A stretch of DNA of 64,000 bases from Saprospirales bacterium (GTDB lineage: Bacteria; Bacteroidota; Bacteroidia; Chitinophagales; JADIYW01), in assembly GCA_016711605.1 (NCBI GenBank), contig JADJSS010000044.1, positions 158,884-222,883 of the forward strand. Reading direction: 5' to 3'. The notes beneath the pieces were generated by a model. The model worked only from the letters and a program-made list of their open reading frames with translations, did not search any database and was not told the origin of the DNA. Within the stretch, counting starts at the first letter, position 1. Each line of letters starts with the position of its first letter. Below are positions 1 to 10,600 of this stretch, one piece after another. The position numbers were made by a program, and so were the translations under genes.

Positions 1-2521
1 GCTTTTACTTTCATACCACGTAAAATGTAATTTACACGAATATGATCAGTTGGTTTGCCATCCACAAAAGACAACCAATCTTGATTTGGTCGATAAATCA
101 CTTCAGAAAACACAACGAACTCATCTTTATCAGATTTGAAATTATAGTCTAATTTCATAGGATTTTTTGTGTCAATTTTAGTGATAAATCGAGTGGCACT
201 TTGTTGTGCAGAATCTGTATTTGGCGTAATATCTTTTAAATAAGATGCAAATTCTTTATTTACAATAGCAGTTTGTTTTGGATTTATATCGCGTACTTTT
301 AAAATCTCTTCTTCATTGGTATTTGCAATTTGAGTATTGTTTACAAACCACGCATTTCCTAACGCAAAAGGATTTAGATTCACACCATTTGCTTCTTCGC
401 TTTGCTTAATATATTTTGTATTTAGCATGTTCCAGAAATTGGCTTTTTCCAATTGTCCTTTGGCTACGAAATTCATTAAATCATATTCCAAACCGTAAGA
501 AATAATATCTTGGTAGCGTTGTAATTTTGCTGGACTATAACCATCAATTGTTCTATGAAAATAAGCACTGCTTGCTGAGTTCCAACGACTTTGAATGGTA
601 GTGAAATCAAACATACGAGCTCCGTCTTTATTTTCTGCTAAGATAGCAGCATCTGCTGGTGTTTCAGGAAATGCATTTGACTGAACAGTTGTTTTGTCTT
701 CAAAGTTTCCATTGTTCAAATATCGCTTATTGATGCCCCAAAATCATAAATTATTAATAAGCATAAACCGACAATAATTACGGAAGATTGTTTTAATTTA
801 TCCAATGCAAATAATACTAACAATGAAATTGATAACAACACCAATATAAATGAGCGAATAGCGTCGTTACGAGAAAATGCTTCTCTATCTTTTGCTAATG
901 CTTGCATTACTGTATTTGCAATAGCTGGATTATTTGCTTTAGCTATTTCTTCTCGGAAAATATCATCTTTACTAATTCCGTTTTGAATATTTTTTGATTT
1001 GAAAGAAGAAAATCCACCAAATAATAAAATAAATGCAACCAATGCAGCCGTAATTATTCCAGAAAATTTTAAAGATTTTATTCTATCTTCTTTAGAAGTT
1101 GATTCACCTAAAAATTCTTTCAACCCTAATATTCCAATAATCACCATTAAAATTTGCACCAAAGCCATCACCATCGTTGGTGCTCTGAATTTGTTGAACA
1201 TTGGAACTACATTATATAATAGCTTATAAAATGTAGCAAAGTTTTTACCAAAAGCCATTAAGGTTGCGAAAATAATAGATCCTAAAATCCACCATTTTAA
1301 TTTTCCTTTATAAGCAAACATTCCAAAAACGAATAAAAAGAAAACGATGATGCCTAAATAAATTGGACCTTGTACAAAGGGTTCGCTGCCCCAATATAAC
1401 GAGAAAGAATTGCTTTGTAATGCAGGATTAATATTTACTTGATTAGATTGAATGGCAGCAACAAAATTTTGTAAAGTATCCAAACTGGTAATGTTTATTG
1501 CACCTGTGTAATTAGGAACAATTAAACTTCCTAATTCTTCAAAACCTAAACTCCATTGTGTCGCGTAATCAAACCCAACTCCTTTTTCTTTATTATCAAC
1601 TGGTTTTGCTTCAGGTTTTGCATCACCAGGATTCATTAATGCAGTATTTAAGATATCACCACCACGAGTTGTTTCTTTAGAAAAATCATTTACAAAGAAA
1701 TTTTGAAAATTCATCATCACTGAAATGGCAAATGCAACGCCTAAAATTAGTGAACTCATTCCTGCATGTTTGAAATCTTTTTCAGCCAGAATTGTCACGA
1801 ATTCATACAGCATATAAAATCCAATAATAATTAAACTGTAATAGGCAATTTGTATATGAGCACCGGCAATTATTTCATACAAAAAGAAAAGAAAAACAAC
1901 AGCACCAACAAAATATTTTTTTCTAAAAATGAGCCAAGCACCAGCAAACAAAGGCAGAAACATGGCTATGGTAATTACTTTAGTGATATGACCTGCTGCT
2001 AAGCTAACAAAATTTGCAGTACACAAACCAACAGCCAATGCACCTAAAGTAGAATACGAAACTTTGCGCGTTAAAATATATAATCCTAAAAATGTTGCAA
2101 AAAATAGAAATACAATATCCATTGCTGGATCTGGAATGTTTCTCATTATTTTATGCACTAACATTACTGGTGTATATTCCAATAATTTAGAAAAACCAAT
2201 TCCGCCAATTACATAACCAGGCATTCCACCAAACATGCGCGATGACCAAAGTGCTGTTTCACCAGTTGCTTCTTTATAGTCTGCAATTTCTTTATTCATC
2301 GCTACATATTGATTGGAGTCATGCGTAGAATATTGCATGCCTTGCAACAACGGCATACAATACACAAATGCCAAAGCGACGAAAAACAACAGAACTGCTG
2401 GAATTAATATTTTATTTGGAACCGAAAAAGATGGTGTATTACTATTGCTAATTTTTGTTGGTGCAACATTTGGTTGCCTTACATTTTGTGTGCTTGGTTT
2501 AAGCGGTTGTTTTTTTGCCAT
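1..2521 (-). pseudogene. YfhO-like polytopic membrane protein (GT-C-type glycosyltransferase family). The 3' part runs off the left edge and there is one frame break.
   Basis: ORF 716..2521 is 601 aa with many hydrophobic helices and an N-terminal 'MFGGMPGY' region. The minus-strand frame stays open from 715 to 1 ('LNNGNFEDKTTVQS...DGYSPAKLQRYQDIISYGLEYD'). One extra base in the C4A4 run at 736-743 joins them as ...IIYDFWGINKRYLNNGNF... Confidence 0.7.
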
Positions 2522-2542
2522 GAAAAAATTTTATGGACAAAT

Positions 2543-3430
2543 TTACAGTTTTATCCATTCGGGAGGAATTAAATCTTGTGAATTTATTGATTTATCGGCG
2601 AACCAATTTTTAGGTGCAATAACAATTTTTTCAGGATTAGCATTGAGCCAAGCGCTCCACCAACTGAAAGTGCTATTACAAATGATGTTGTGCTTGCATA
2701 TAGACATCAACTGCATATCTATATAGCTGGTCTCTGATGTATTATTATTGTCGATAAAATGCATTGGAAAATCAGACTTTATATTCTCTTTTGTCCAGGA
2801 AATATCATCAGAAAAAACAAAAAAAGTTGGTTGCGATATTATAGAGGCAATGTATGCAATTGCATTTTTATAATAGTCTAAAGTTTGAATGACAAATTTA
2901 TCTTGATTCTTTTGGATAGAAATATAATCGCCACGACGAATGTGAATCGAAACAGTATTAGTTGATTCTATTTTAGTTTGCCAATCTAAATTTTTATCAA
3001 TTAGTTTATTTTTAAATACAAGTTCTTTGCGTAAAATTGATTCTATTGATTCAAAATATTTCGCTGATTGAAAATTTCCTTTAGCGTAAGTATTGTCTTT
3101 ATAATCTAAAAAATCAGGTTGAAATACAAATAAATTTTCTTGCAATAAAGTCATCTTATTCTTATTGATTATATCACGAAAAAGATATTCTGCTTTTGCA
3201 AATGGATACAATATTTTTCCAGTTATAAAATTATGTTCAATTTCAGCATTTATATTAAAAATACTTAATTCGTATTTCATTTGAGTTGCCAATTTTTTGA
3301 TTGGCAATTTGCTTTCAATAAATGAAGTTGATAAAATCAGCGATGTATTATTTTTAATAGCTAATGTTTTTCCAAAAGCATATTGAAAGATTTGATTTCC
3401 TAAACCACCGCTGAGTAATACTTTGATCAT
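2543..3430 (-). CDS. alpha-1,2-fucosyltransferase (glycosyltransferase family 11)
   Basis: 295 aa with GT11 motifs 'GGLGNQIFQYAFG', 'HIRRGDY' and 'STFSWWSAWLN'. Confidence 0.85.
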   Translation of the reverse strand: MIKVLLSGGLGNQIFQYAFGKTLAIKNNTSLILSTSFIESKLPIKKLATQMKYELSIFNINAEIEHNFITGKILYPFAKAEYLFRDIINKNKMTLLQENLFVFQPDFLDYKDNTYAKGNFQSAKYFESIESILRKELVFKNKLIDKNLDWQTKIESTNTVSIHIRRGDYISIQKNQDKFVIQTLDYYKNAIAYIASIISQPTFFVFSDDISWTKENIKSDFPMHFIDNNNTSETSYIDMQLMSICKHNIICNSTFSWWSAWLNANPEKIVIAPKNWFADKSINSQDLIPPEWIKL

Positions 3431-3470
3431 TGTAATAATGAAGTAATGTAGTAATGTAATAATGTTATCA
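3431..3470 (-). repeat. Degenerate period-8 tandem repeat abutting the GT11 start codon
   Basis: Plus strand reads TGTAATAA TGAAGTAA TGTAGTAA TGTAATAA TGTTATCA. It fills the spacer between the GT6 stop (3478) and the GT11 start (3430). Confidence 0.7.
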
Positions 3471-3477
3471 TCGTAAA

Positions 3478-4290
3478 CTAGATAAATGAATAACCAAAAA
3501 TACGATATAAATTTGCTCTAACTAGTTGCTTTGCAAAAAATAATTTGTCTTTTATAAAAGCAAAATTATTTTCATTTCCTTCGCCACGTAAATAAGAATG
3601 ACCACCTAATTTTGATTTATTTAATAACAATGTTTTTTGCTCAAAAGGTAAATACCAACCTTGCGGATAGCAATAACCTGGATGCAATTTTTTAGGTTCT
3701 ATATCTGAAAAGTATTTATTGATATGCGATTCATCGTGCCATTTTGCAACAATATTATTTGAAAAATCTATATCAATACAATTTTTTAACTGATGACATA
3801 ATTGTAAAAATTCTGAAGTACGGCCGCCAATCAAACCACCAGCAAAATAGTATGTTCCAGCTTTTTCTTGTATGAATGCAGTTGACTTAGAATTAGTTTC
3901 ATAATCAAAGTTTTTTCTCTTTTTATGATAGGCAACTGGATGCAATTGACCAGTTAAAAAATTATCTTTTTCAGTTGGTATGAGTTCGTTTTCTGAAATT
4001 GTTTTTATGAATGTATAATTGGCATTAAAGAAAAATAAAAAATCCATTTTTTTTAGTTCTTCTTCAATATTCAAAAACAAATGAAAACGCATCAGCGTAT
4101 CTTTTGGCCAACCTAATTTTTCCTGATAAATTTTATGAATATTATCTGTTGATTGAATAGTTTCACTATCCGTAAATACGAAATATTGTTTATCGGAATT
4201 TGGCAATAAAAATTGTTCAGCAGTTTTATAAAAATCGCTCCAAAACACATCGTATTTTCCTGTGCAGATATATAGAATTCCAATCTTCAT
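3478..4290 (-). CDS. Glycosyltransferase family 6 (histo-blood-group A/B-type alpha-1,3-Gal/GalNAc transferase homologue)
   Basis: 270 aa. The N-terminus 'MKIGILYICTGKYDVFW' and overall length resemble bacterial GT6 enzymes of the Bacteroides ovatus BoGT6a type (from memory). 'FFFNANYTF' carries the NxN that replaces the metazoan DxD in bacterial GT6. 'YYFAGGLIGG' corresponds to the donor-specificity loop. Confidence 0.75.
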   Translation of the reverse strand: MKIGILYICTGKYDVFWSDFYKTAEQFLLPNSDKQYFVFTDSETIQSTDNIHKIYQEKLGWPKDTLMRFHLFLNIEEELKKMDFLFFFNANYTFIKTISENELIPTEKDNFLTGQLHPVAYHKKRKNFDYETNSKSTAFIQEKAGTYYFAGGLIGGRTSEFLQLCHQLKNCIDIDFSNNIVAKWHDESHINKYFSDIEPKKLHPGYCYPQGWYLPFEQKTLLLNKSKLGGHSYLRGEGNENNFAFIKDKLFFAKQLVRANLYRIFGYSFI

Positions 4291-4291
4291 T

Positions 4292-5731
4292 TTATTTCAA
4301 ACTCAAAAATCGTTTGATGATATTTTTCCAAAGATACAACAAAACAAAAAAGTAAATCGTGCATTTTATTGATACTTGTAACCACCAATTTTCAATGTAT
4401 AAATTCAAGAAATAATTTGAAATCAATACTAATACAATAATCACCAAGTAATCTAAAAATCGAATTACTGCAGGCACTCGTGCGTCAATAAATTTTTTGC
4501 AAATGATGTAAGTGCATAGCAACATAAAACCATAAGAAATTAAGGTTGTATAAGCTGCTGCTGGATAGCCATATTTTGGAATAAAAATTAAATTTAATCC
4601 GATATTTACAACTGCTGCAATGGCAAAACTAACGTAGAAATATTTTACTTTTCGTTCATAATGTAAGTAAAAACTATATACTTCATTAATGTCGCTAATA
4701 ATATAAGACAAAATCAAAATTGGCATCAAATGCATCGATGCGTAAAACGCTTTGTTGAGTGCTAAAAACCGACCAGCATCAGCAGAAAAAAACACAAAGA
4801 AACAAGATAAGGTAGCGATTAATTTAAAGATGCTACGCATTTGTTCTATCACTTCTGTTTCTTTTTTTTCATTCAATAATTGAAATAATTTGGGTCGATT
4901 GGCTGTTATAAAAGAAGAAGTAACACCAGAATAAATAACTGCAATTTTGTATGCGTAACTATATAAACCTGCGTCATTGTTGCCTTTGTAACTGTTAATC
5001 ATTATCGTATCTAAATATCCTAAAACATAGCCACTTAAACCGATAGGAATTAAACTGATTGAGTAACGAACGATTATATTTTTATCCTGAATTTTCTCGG
5101 ACAAACCGATATAATTTCTGAAATAAACGATAATAACTATAGAAGTTAAAATTAGAATCATCCAGTTTTCGCCAGCAATACGACCATAAAAATTTTTGGA
5201 AACGAACAACACAAATAATAAACCACCAGCAACTCGGCAAATTTGATAAATGAGTTGCCAAATTCCTGCGCGAGTACTGAATTGTTGTGCGTTGTTATAC
5301 ACATTAAAATAGGAAAAAATAATGCTGGAAAAAATGGCTATTAATAAAAAATAAAATAATTCTAATGGAATATTTAATAGTTTAAAAAATGGCATTTTAA
5401 TAAGAAACAAGATGGAACTTCCAATTAAAAAAACGATGATTGAATTTCTGAGTAAAAACTGCATCAACAAATTCTTTTCATATTTATCATCAAAATAGAA
5501 ACGATAAAATCCATTAAATAAATTCAGAGAAAGAATAACTGCTAAAATTCGAACGGTGTTATTGAACACTTCATAAACACCAAAATCTGCAGGTGTGAGC
5601 AATTTGGTGAATAATGGAAGCGAAAATACCATTAAAACTTGCACTGCTAAATAAGAGAAAAGATATACGGAACCGTGACGAAGTGTTTCGTAAAACTTTA
5701 GTTCTTTGATATTTTGAATGAGTTTTTGCAC
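4292..5731 (-). CDS. Wzx-type oligosaccharide/polysaccharide flippase (MOP superfamily)
   Basis: 479 aa, hydrophobic along its whole length with about 12-14 helices. It sits inside a glycosyltransferase locus and its stop is adjacent to the GT6 start. Confidence 0.75.
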   Translation of the reverse strand: MQKLIQNIKELKFYETLRHGSVYLFSYLAVQVLMVFSLPLFTKLLTPADFGVYEVFNNTVRILAVILSLNLFNGFYRFYFDDKYEKNLLMQFLLRNSIIVFLIGSSILFLIKMPFFKLLNIPLELFYFLLIAIFSSIIFSYFNVYNNAQQFSTRAGIWQLIYQICRVAGGLLFVLFVSKNFYGRIAGENWMILILTSIVIIVYFRNYIGLSEKIQDKNIIVRYSISLIPIGLSGYVLGYLDTIMINSYKGNNDAGLYSYAYKIAVIYSGVTSSFITANRPKLFQLLNEKKETEVIEQMRSIFKLIATLSCFFVFFSADAGRFLALNKAFYASMHLMPILILSYIISDINEVYSFYLHYERKVKYFYVSFAIAAVVNIGLNLIFIPKYGYPAAAYTTLISYGFMLLCTYIICKKFIDARVPAVIRFLDYLVIIVLVLISNYFLNLYIENWWLQVSIKCTIYFFVLLYLWKNIIKRFLSLK

Positions 5732-5734
5732 TCT

Positions 5735-6776
5735 TTATAATTGTATGATTTTTTTTCTTGCTATTGAAAATACCAATATGGCTAATTCTTTTTTTCTCAA
5801 CTCAAAGGTAAGTGTTGGCTGTAGGATTTTTTTGATTTTGATTAAGTTTTGAAAGACGCTAAAGTTATATTCTGTTAAGCGTAGATATTTTTTCAGCACT
5901 CTTTCATACAATACTTGTTTAAGTATCTGTTCATCGAAGTGTTGGTGCTTTTGGTTTAATGTAATCAGTTTTTGAATCCAGAATTGTAGTAAAGGCAAAT
6001 CTGACAATTTATTTTTTAGAGAGAAATCTATTAAACTTAGGTGTAACTTCTTCTTCTGAGTATTGATTTTGGAAATAGTATTCGAGTTGGTTTATAACAA
6101 TTTTATTTCTATTATGGACAATATTTTCTGGTTGTTGTTTGCAAATACTATCAGCATAATCTGTATTTAGCTAAAAAATCAGGAATCACTAATCCATTTC
6201 CGTTTATCATTATTCTTGTCCATAAATCGTAGTCTTCACAAAACAGGATAATCGATTCTAAAATTTCATTTGGCAACTGTTTTTTTAGCATTACAGATGA
6301 AGTAGCAACAGGATTTAAAAACAAGGAAATTGCTTTTAAGTTTTTTGAATCTAAATCAAAAAAAATTATTTGAATTTACAATTGCATTCTTTTCATCTAT
6401 CATATAAAAACTGGATGAAACAAAACTCAGGTGAGAATTTTCAGCAAGGACATTATATTGTTTCTAATCTTGTATTTTCAGCTAAATCATCGCTATCTAA
6501 AAATGCAATGTATTCAAAATTAGAAAGTTCTATTAATTTATTTCTAGTGTAAATTAGGCCTTTATTTCCTTCATTTTGAAAATACTTTATTCTTTTATCT
6601 GAATAGGAAGCAATAATATCGTAAGTATTATCTGAAGAGCCATCATTAATGATTATTAATTCAAAGTTTTTAAATGTCTGATTTAAAATACTTTCAATTG
6701 ACTGTGCGATATATTTAGCAGAATTATATGCAGGCATCAATACACTAACACCATTCTTATAACCTTGGTTATTCAT
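5735..6776 (-). pseudogene. Family 2 glycosyltransferase with several frame breaks
   Basis: ORF 6453..6776 gives the GT2 N-terminus 'VSVLMPAYNSAKYIAQSIESILNQTFKNFELIIINDGSSDNT...FLDSDD'. The remainder ('QYNVLAENSHLSFVSSSFYMIDEKNAIV', 'CEDYDLW'-like stretch) is readable only by switching frames between 6450 and 6008. ORF 5735..6007 is the C-terminal piece. Confidence 0.65.
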
Positions 6777-6777
6777 A

Positions 6778-7581
6778 TTATTTTAATTCTGCAAAGAAAT
6801 TAGATGTAACAAATATTTCTAAATTTTCTGAATATTTTTCAATATGAAATAATCCATCTCTGAGTATTCTATATACTTTATACTTTTCATTTAACAAATC
6901 ATAAAAATCCTTGAAGTAAGTTCTAGAATCGATATTGCATCCACCAAATTCAAATTGAATGTATTTAATTTTATTTTCAGACAATAATTTTTTAGCACCA
7001 TTTAAGACACTAAGTTCATTGCCTTCTACATCAATTTTTAAAAATGTAATTTCACTTATATTATTCTCAATACAGTAATCATCCATTTTTTTTACACTGA
7101 TTTTCTCAATTTTATCCATTTTTATATCAATAAAATCAAGGTTTCTTTGGTAAACAGATGCCAGACCAGACAAATCTTCATTTGTATAAAGATTAACTTA
7201 TTATTTTCATTACTAAATCCAAAATTATTTAATATGCATTTTGGGTTTTTAATATTTTGTGACAATGTATTAAAAGTTCTCAAAGATGGTTCAAAAGCAT
7301 AGATTTTGTAATTTCTATCTTTACTGGTTTCAATAAGCATTTTTGAGTATGTTCCAATATTTGCACCTACGTCAAAGAATATCAAATTTGCATCTTTCTG
7401 AGTTTGCGAAAAGATCCGATCCATTACTTTTTATTTCACCACTGTCTTTTACAGAAGTTCCCCAACCGTAATTCATTCCTCTAAGTCCGAAACTATAAAT
7501 CTCTTTAAAAAAAAACTGCATATAACTTCTTCCAAAAAATGGTTTTAAGATTATGCGTAAAAGTGTCGTTATTATCTTCAT
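6778..7581 (-). pseudogene. FkbM-family methyltransferase with two frame breaks
   Basis: ORFs 7372..7581, 7122..7424 and 6778..7173 join into one protein ('IFFDVGANIGTYS...YAFEP...FLKIDVEGNELSVLNG'). The joins require 1-nt changes at the T5 run 7428-7432 and near 7193-7194. Confidence 0.7.
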
Positions 7582-7680
7582 ATGTAAATTTGATTGAAAA
7601 GAGCATCGAATCCAAATTAAATACAGGAATCAATATTTATATAGAATGTAAAAATAACAAACCTACTGACAATTTAAAAA

Positions 7681-10600
7681 TTATCTTAAAACAGTGACTG
7701 TTCCTTTTTTGATTTTATTTTGTTGTTTGCCACCTAAAATTATTTTATATTCAATTACCCATGCGTAGGAATCCAATTGAACAACTTCTCCTTTATAAGA
7801 ACCATCCCAACTAATTCTTATATCGTTTGATTCAAATAAAAAACTCGCCCCACATCTAACAACAACAATTTGTATTCCAATACATTTTTGCCAAATATTT
7901 TGAAATAATCATTTACACCATCATTGTTCGGTGAAAATGCAGTAGGTACCCAAAGGTCACCTTCACATTCCATTATATAAACAGTATCAACTGCTGTGCA
8001 TGTGTTATTGGTAACACTTACCCAATATTTGCCAGCTTGATTAATTGTAATACTATTTCCTGTTTCACCTGTGTTCCAAATAAATTGTGATGCATTTGTA
8101 ATCGCTGTTAACAAGATAGGTTGTCCTCCACAAATCATCGTGTCTTTATTGATTTGAACAGTTGGTATTGCATCTTGCGTAATCACTATACTATCTGATT
8201 CGCTACCGCAACTATTCGAAATAGTTGCAAAATAAGTGTTCGGTTGCGTAACCGTAATCTGTGCTGCAGTTACGCCTGTTGACCAAACTGTATTCGCATT
8301 TCCTGTACTTAATATTCTAGAGAAGCTTCCGCAATACGTTGTATCATTGCCAATGCTAAATGCTGTTGGTGGTGTTAAGATGGTTACTCTAATCGTATCA
8401 GATGCTGAGCATCCATCAGCAGTTACTTTTACAAAATAAGTTCCAGCTTGATTAACAGAGATAGTTGGTGTAACTGCGCCATTATTCCATAAATATGTTA
8501 CGGTTGTTCCGCTTGTAGTTGCATTTAGTGTCACTGTATTTCCTTGACAAATACTGGTATCTCTACCTAAGTTTATCAAAGGAATATTATTTTGGTTGAT
8601 GACAATGGTATCTTTTTTAGTACCGCAACTATTCGAAATAGTTGCAAAATAAGTGTTCGGTTGCGTAACCGTAATCTGTGCTGCAGTTACGCCTGTTGAC
8701 CAAACTGTATTCGCATTTCCTGTACTAAATATTCTAGAGAAACTCCGCAATACGTGGTATCATTGCCAATGCTAAATGCTGTTGGTGGTGTTAAGATGTT
8801 TACTCTAATCGTATCAGATGCAGAGCATCCATCAGCAGTTACTTTTACAAAATAAGTTCCTGCTTGATTAACAGAGATAGTCGGTGAAACTGCACCATTA
8901 TTCCATAAATATGTTACGGTTGTACCACTTGTCGTTGCGTTGAGTGTTATTGAATTTCCTTGACAAATACTGGTATCTCTACCTAAGTTTACCAAAGGAA
9001 TATTATTTTGGTTAATGACAATGGTATCTTTTTTAGTACCGCAACTATTCGTAATGGTTGCGATATATGTATTTGGTTGTGTAACCGTAATTTGTGCTGC
9101 AGTTACACCTGTTGACCAAAATGTATTCGCATTTCCTGTACTTAAAATTCTAGAGAAATTACCGCAATACGTGGTATCATTGCCAATGCTAAATGCTGTT
9201 GGTGGTGTTAAGATGGTTACTCTAATCGTATCAGATGCTGAGCATCCATCAGCAGTTACTTTAACCCAATAAATGCCTGCTTGATTAACTGATATAGTTG
9301 GTGTAATTGCGCCATTATTCCATAAATATGTTACGGTTGTTCCACTTGTAGTTGCATTTAGTGTCACTGATGAACCTTGACAAATACTGGTGTCTTTGCC
9401 TAAGTTTATCAAAGGAATATTATTTTGGTTGATGACAATGGTATCTTTTTTAGTACCGCAACTATTCGTTATGGTTGCAATATATGTATTTGGTTGCGTA
9501 ACTGTAATCTGTGCTGCTGTTACGCCTGTTGACCAAACTGTACTTGCATTTCCTGTACTTAATATTCTAGAGAAACTACCGCAATACGTGGTATCATTGC
9601 CAATGCTAAATGCTGTTGGTGGTGTTAAGATGGTTACTCTAATGGTATCAGATGCTGAGCATCCATCAGCAGTGACTTTTACAAAATAAGTGCCAGCTTG
9701 GTTGACTGAAATAGTTGGTGTAACCGCACCATTATTCCATAAATATGTTACGGTTGTTCCACTTGTAGTTGCATTTAGTGTCACTGTATTTCCTTGACAA
9801 ATACTGGTGTCTTTGCCTAAGTTTATCAAAGGAATATTATTTTGTTTGATGACAATGGTATCTTTTTTAGTACCGCAACTATTCGTAATGATTGCGATAT
9901 ATGTATTTGGTTGCGTAACTGTAATCTGTGCTGCAGTTACGCCTGTTGACCAAACTGTATTCGCATTTCCTGTACTTAAAATTCTAGAGAAGCTTCCGCA
10001 ATACGTTGTATCATTGCCAATGCTAAATGCTGTTGGTGGTGTTAAGATGGTTACTCTAATCGTATCAGATGCTGAGCATCCATCAGCAGTTACTTTTACA
10101 AAATAAGTTCCTGCTTGATTAACAGAGATAGTTGGTGAAACTGCACCATTATTCCATAAATATGTTACGGTTGTTCCGCTTGTAGTTGCATTTAGTGTCA
10201 CTGTATTTCCTTGACAAATACTGGTGTCTTTGCCTATGTTTATCAAAGGAATATTATTTTGGTTGATGACAATGGTATCTTTTTTAGTACCGCAACTATT
10301 CGTAATGGTTGCAATATATGTATTTGGTTGCGTAACTGTAATCTTTGCTGCTGTACGCCTGTTGACCAAACTGTACCCGCATTTCCTGTACTTAAAATTC
10401 TAGAGAAGCTTCCGCAATAGGTGGTATCATTGCCAATACTAAATGCTGTTGGTGGTGTTAAGATGGTTACTCTAATCGTATCAGATGCAGAGCATCCATC
10501 AGCATTACTTTAACCGAATAAAGTGCCAGCTTGGTTGACTGAGATAGTAGGGTAACGCGCCATTATTCCATAAATATGTTACGGTTGTTCCACTTGTAGT

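Noticed and set aside
8236-10420. Plus-strand ORFs of 67-99 aa (8236..8439, 9015..9272, 9390..9689, 9807..10106, 10211..10420) encoding near-identical hydrophobic peptides
   Set aside because: They recur every 417 bp because they are the antisense reading of the adhesin repeat unit. The minus-strand frame carries the signal peptide, Ig-like repeats and T9SS tail, so these are shadow ORFs.
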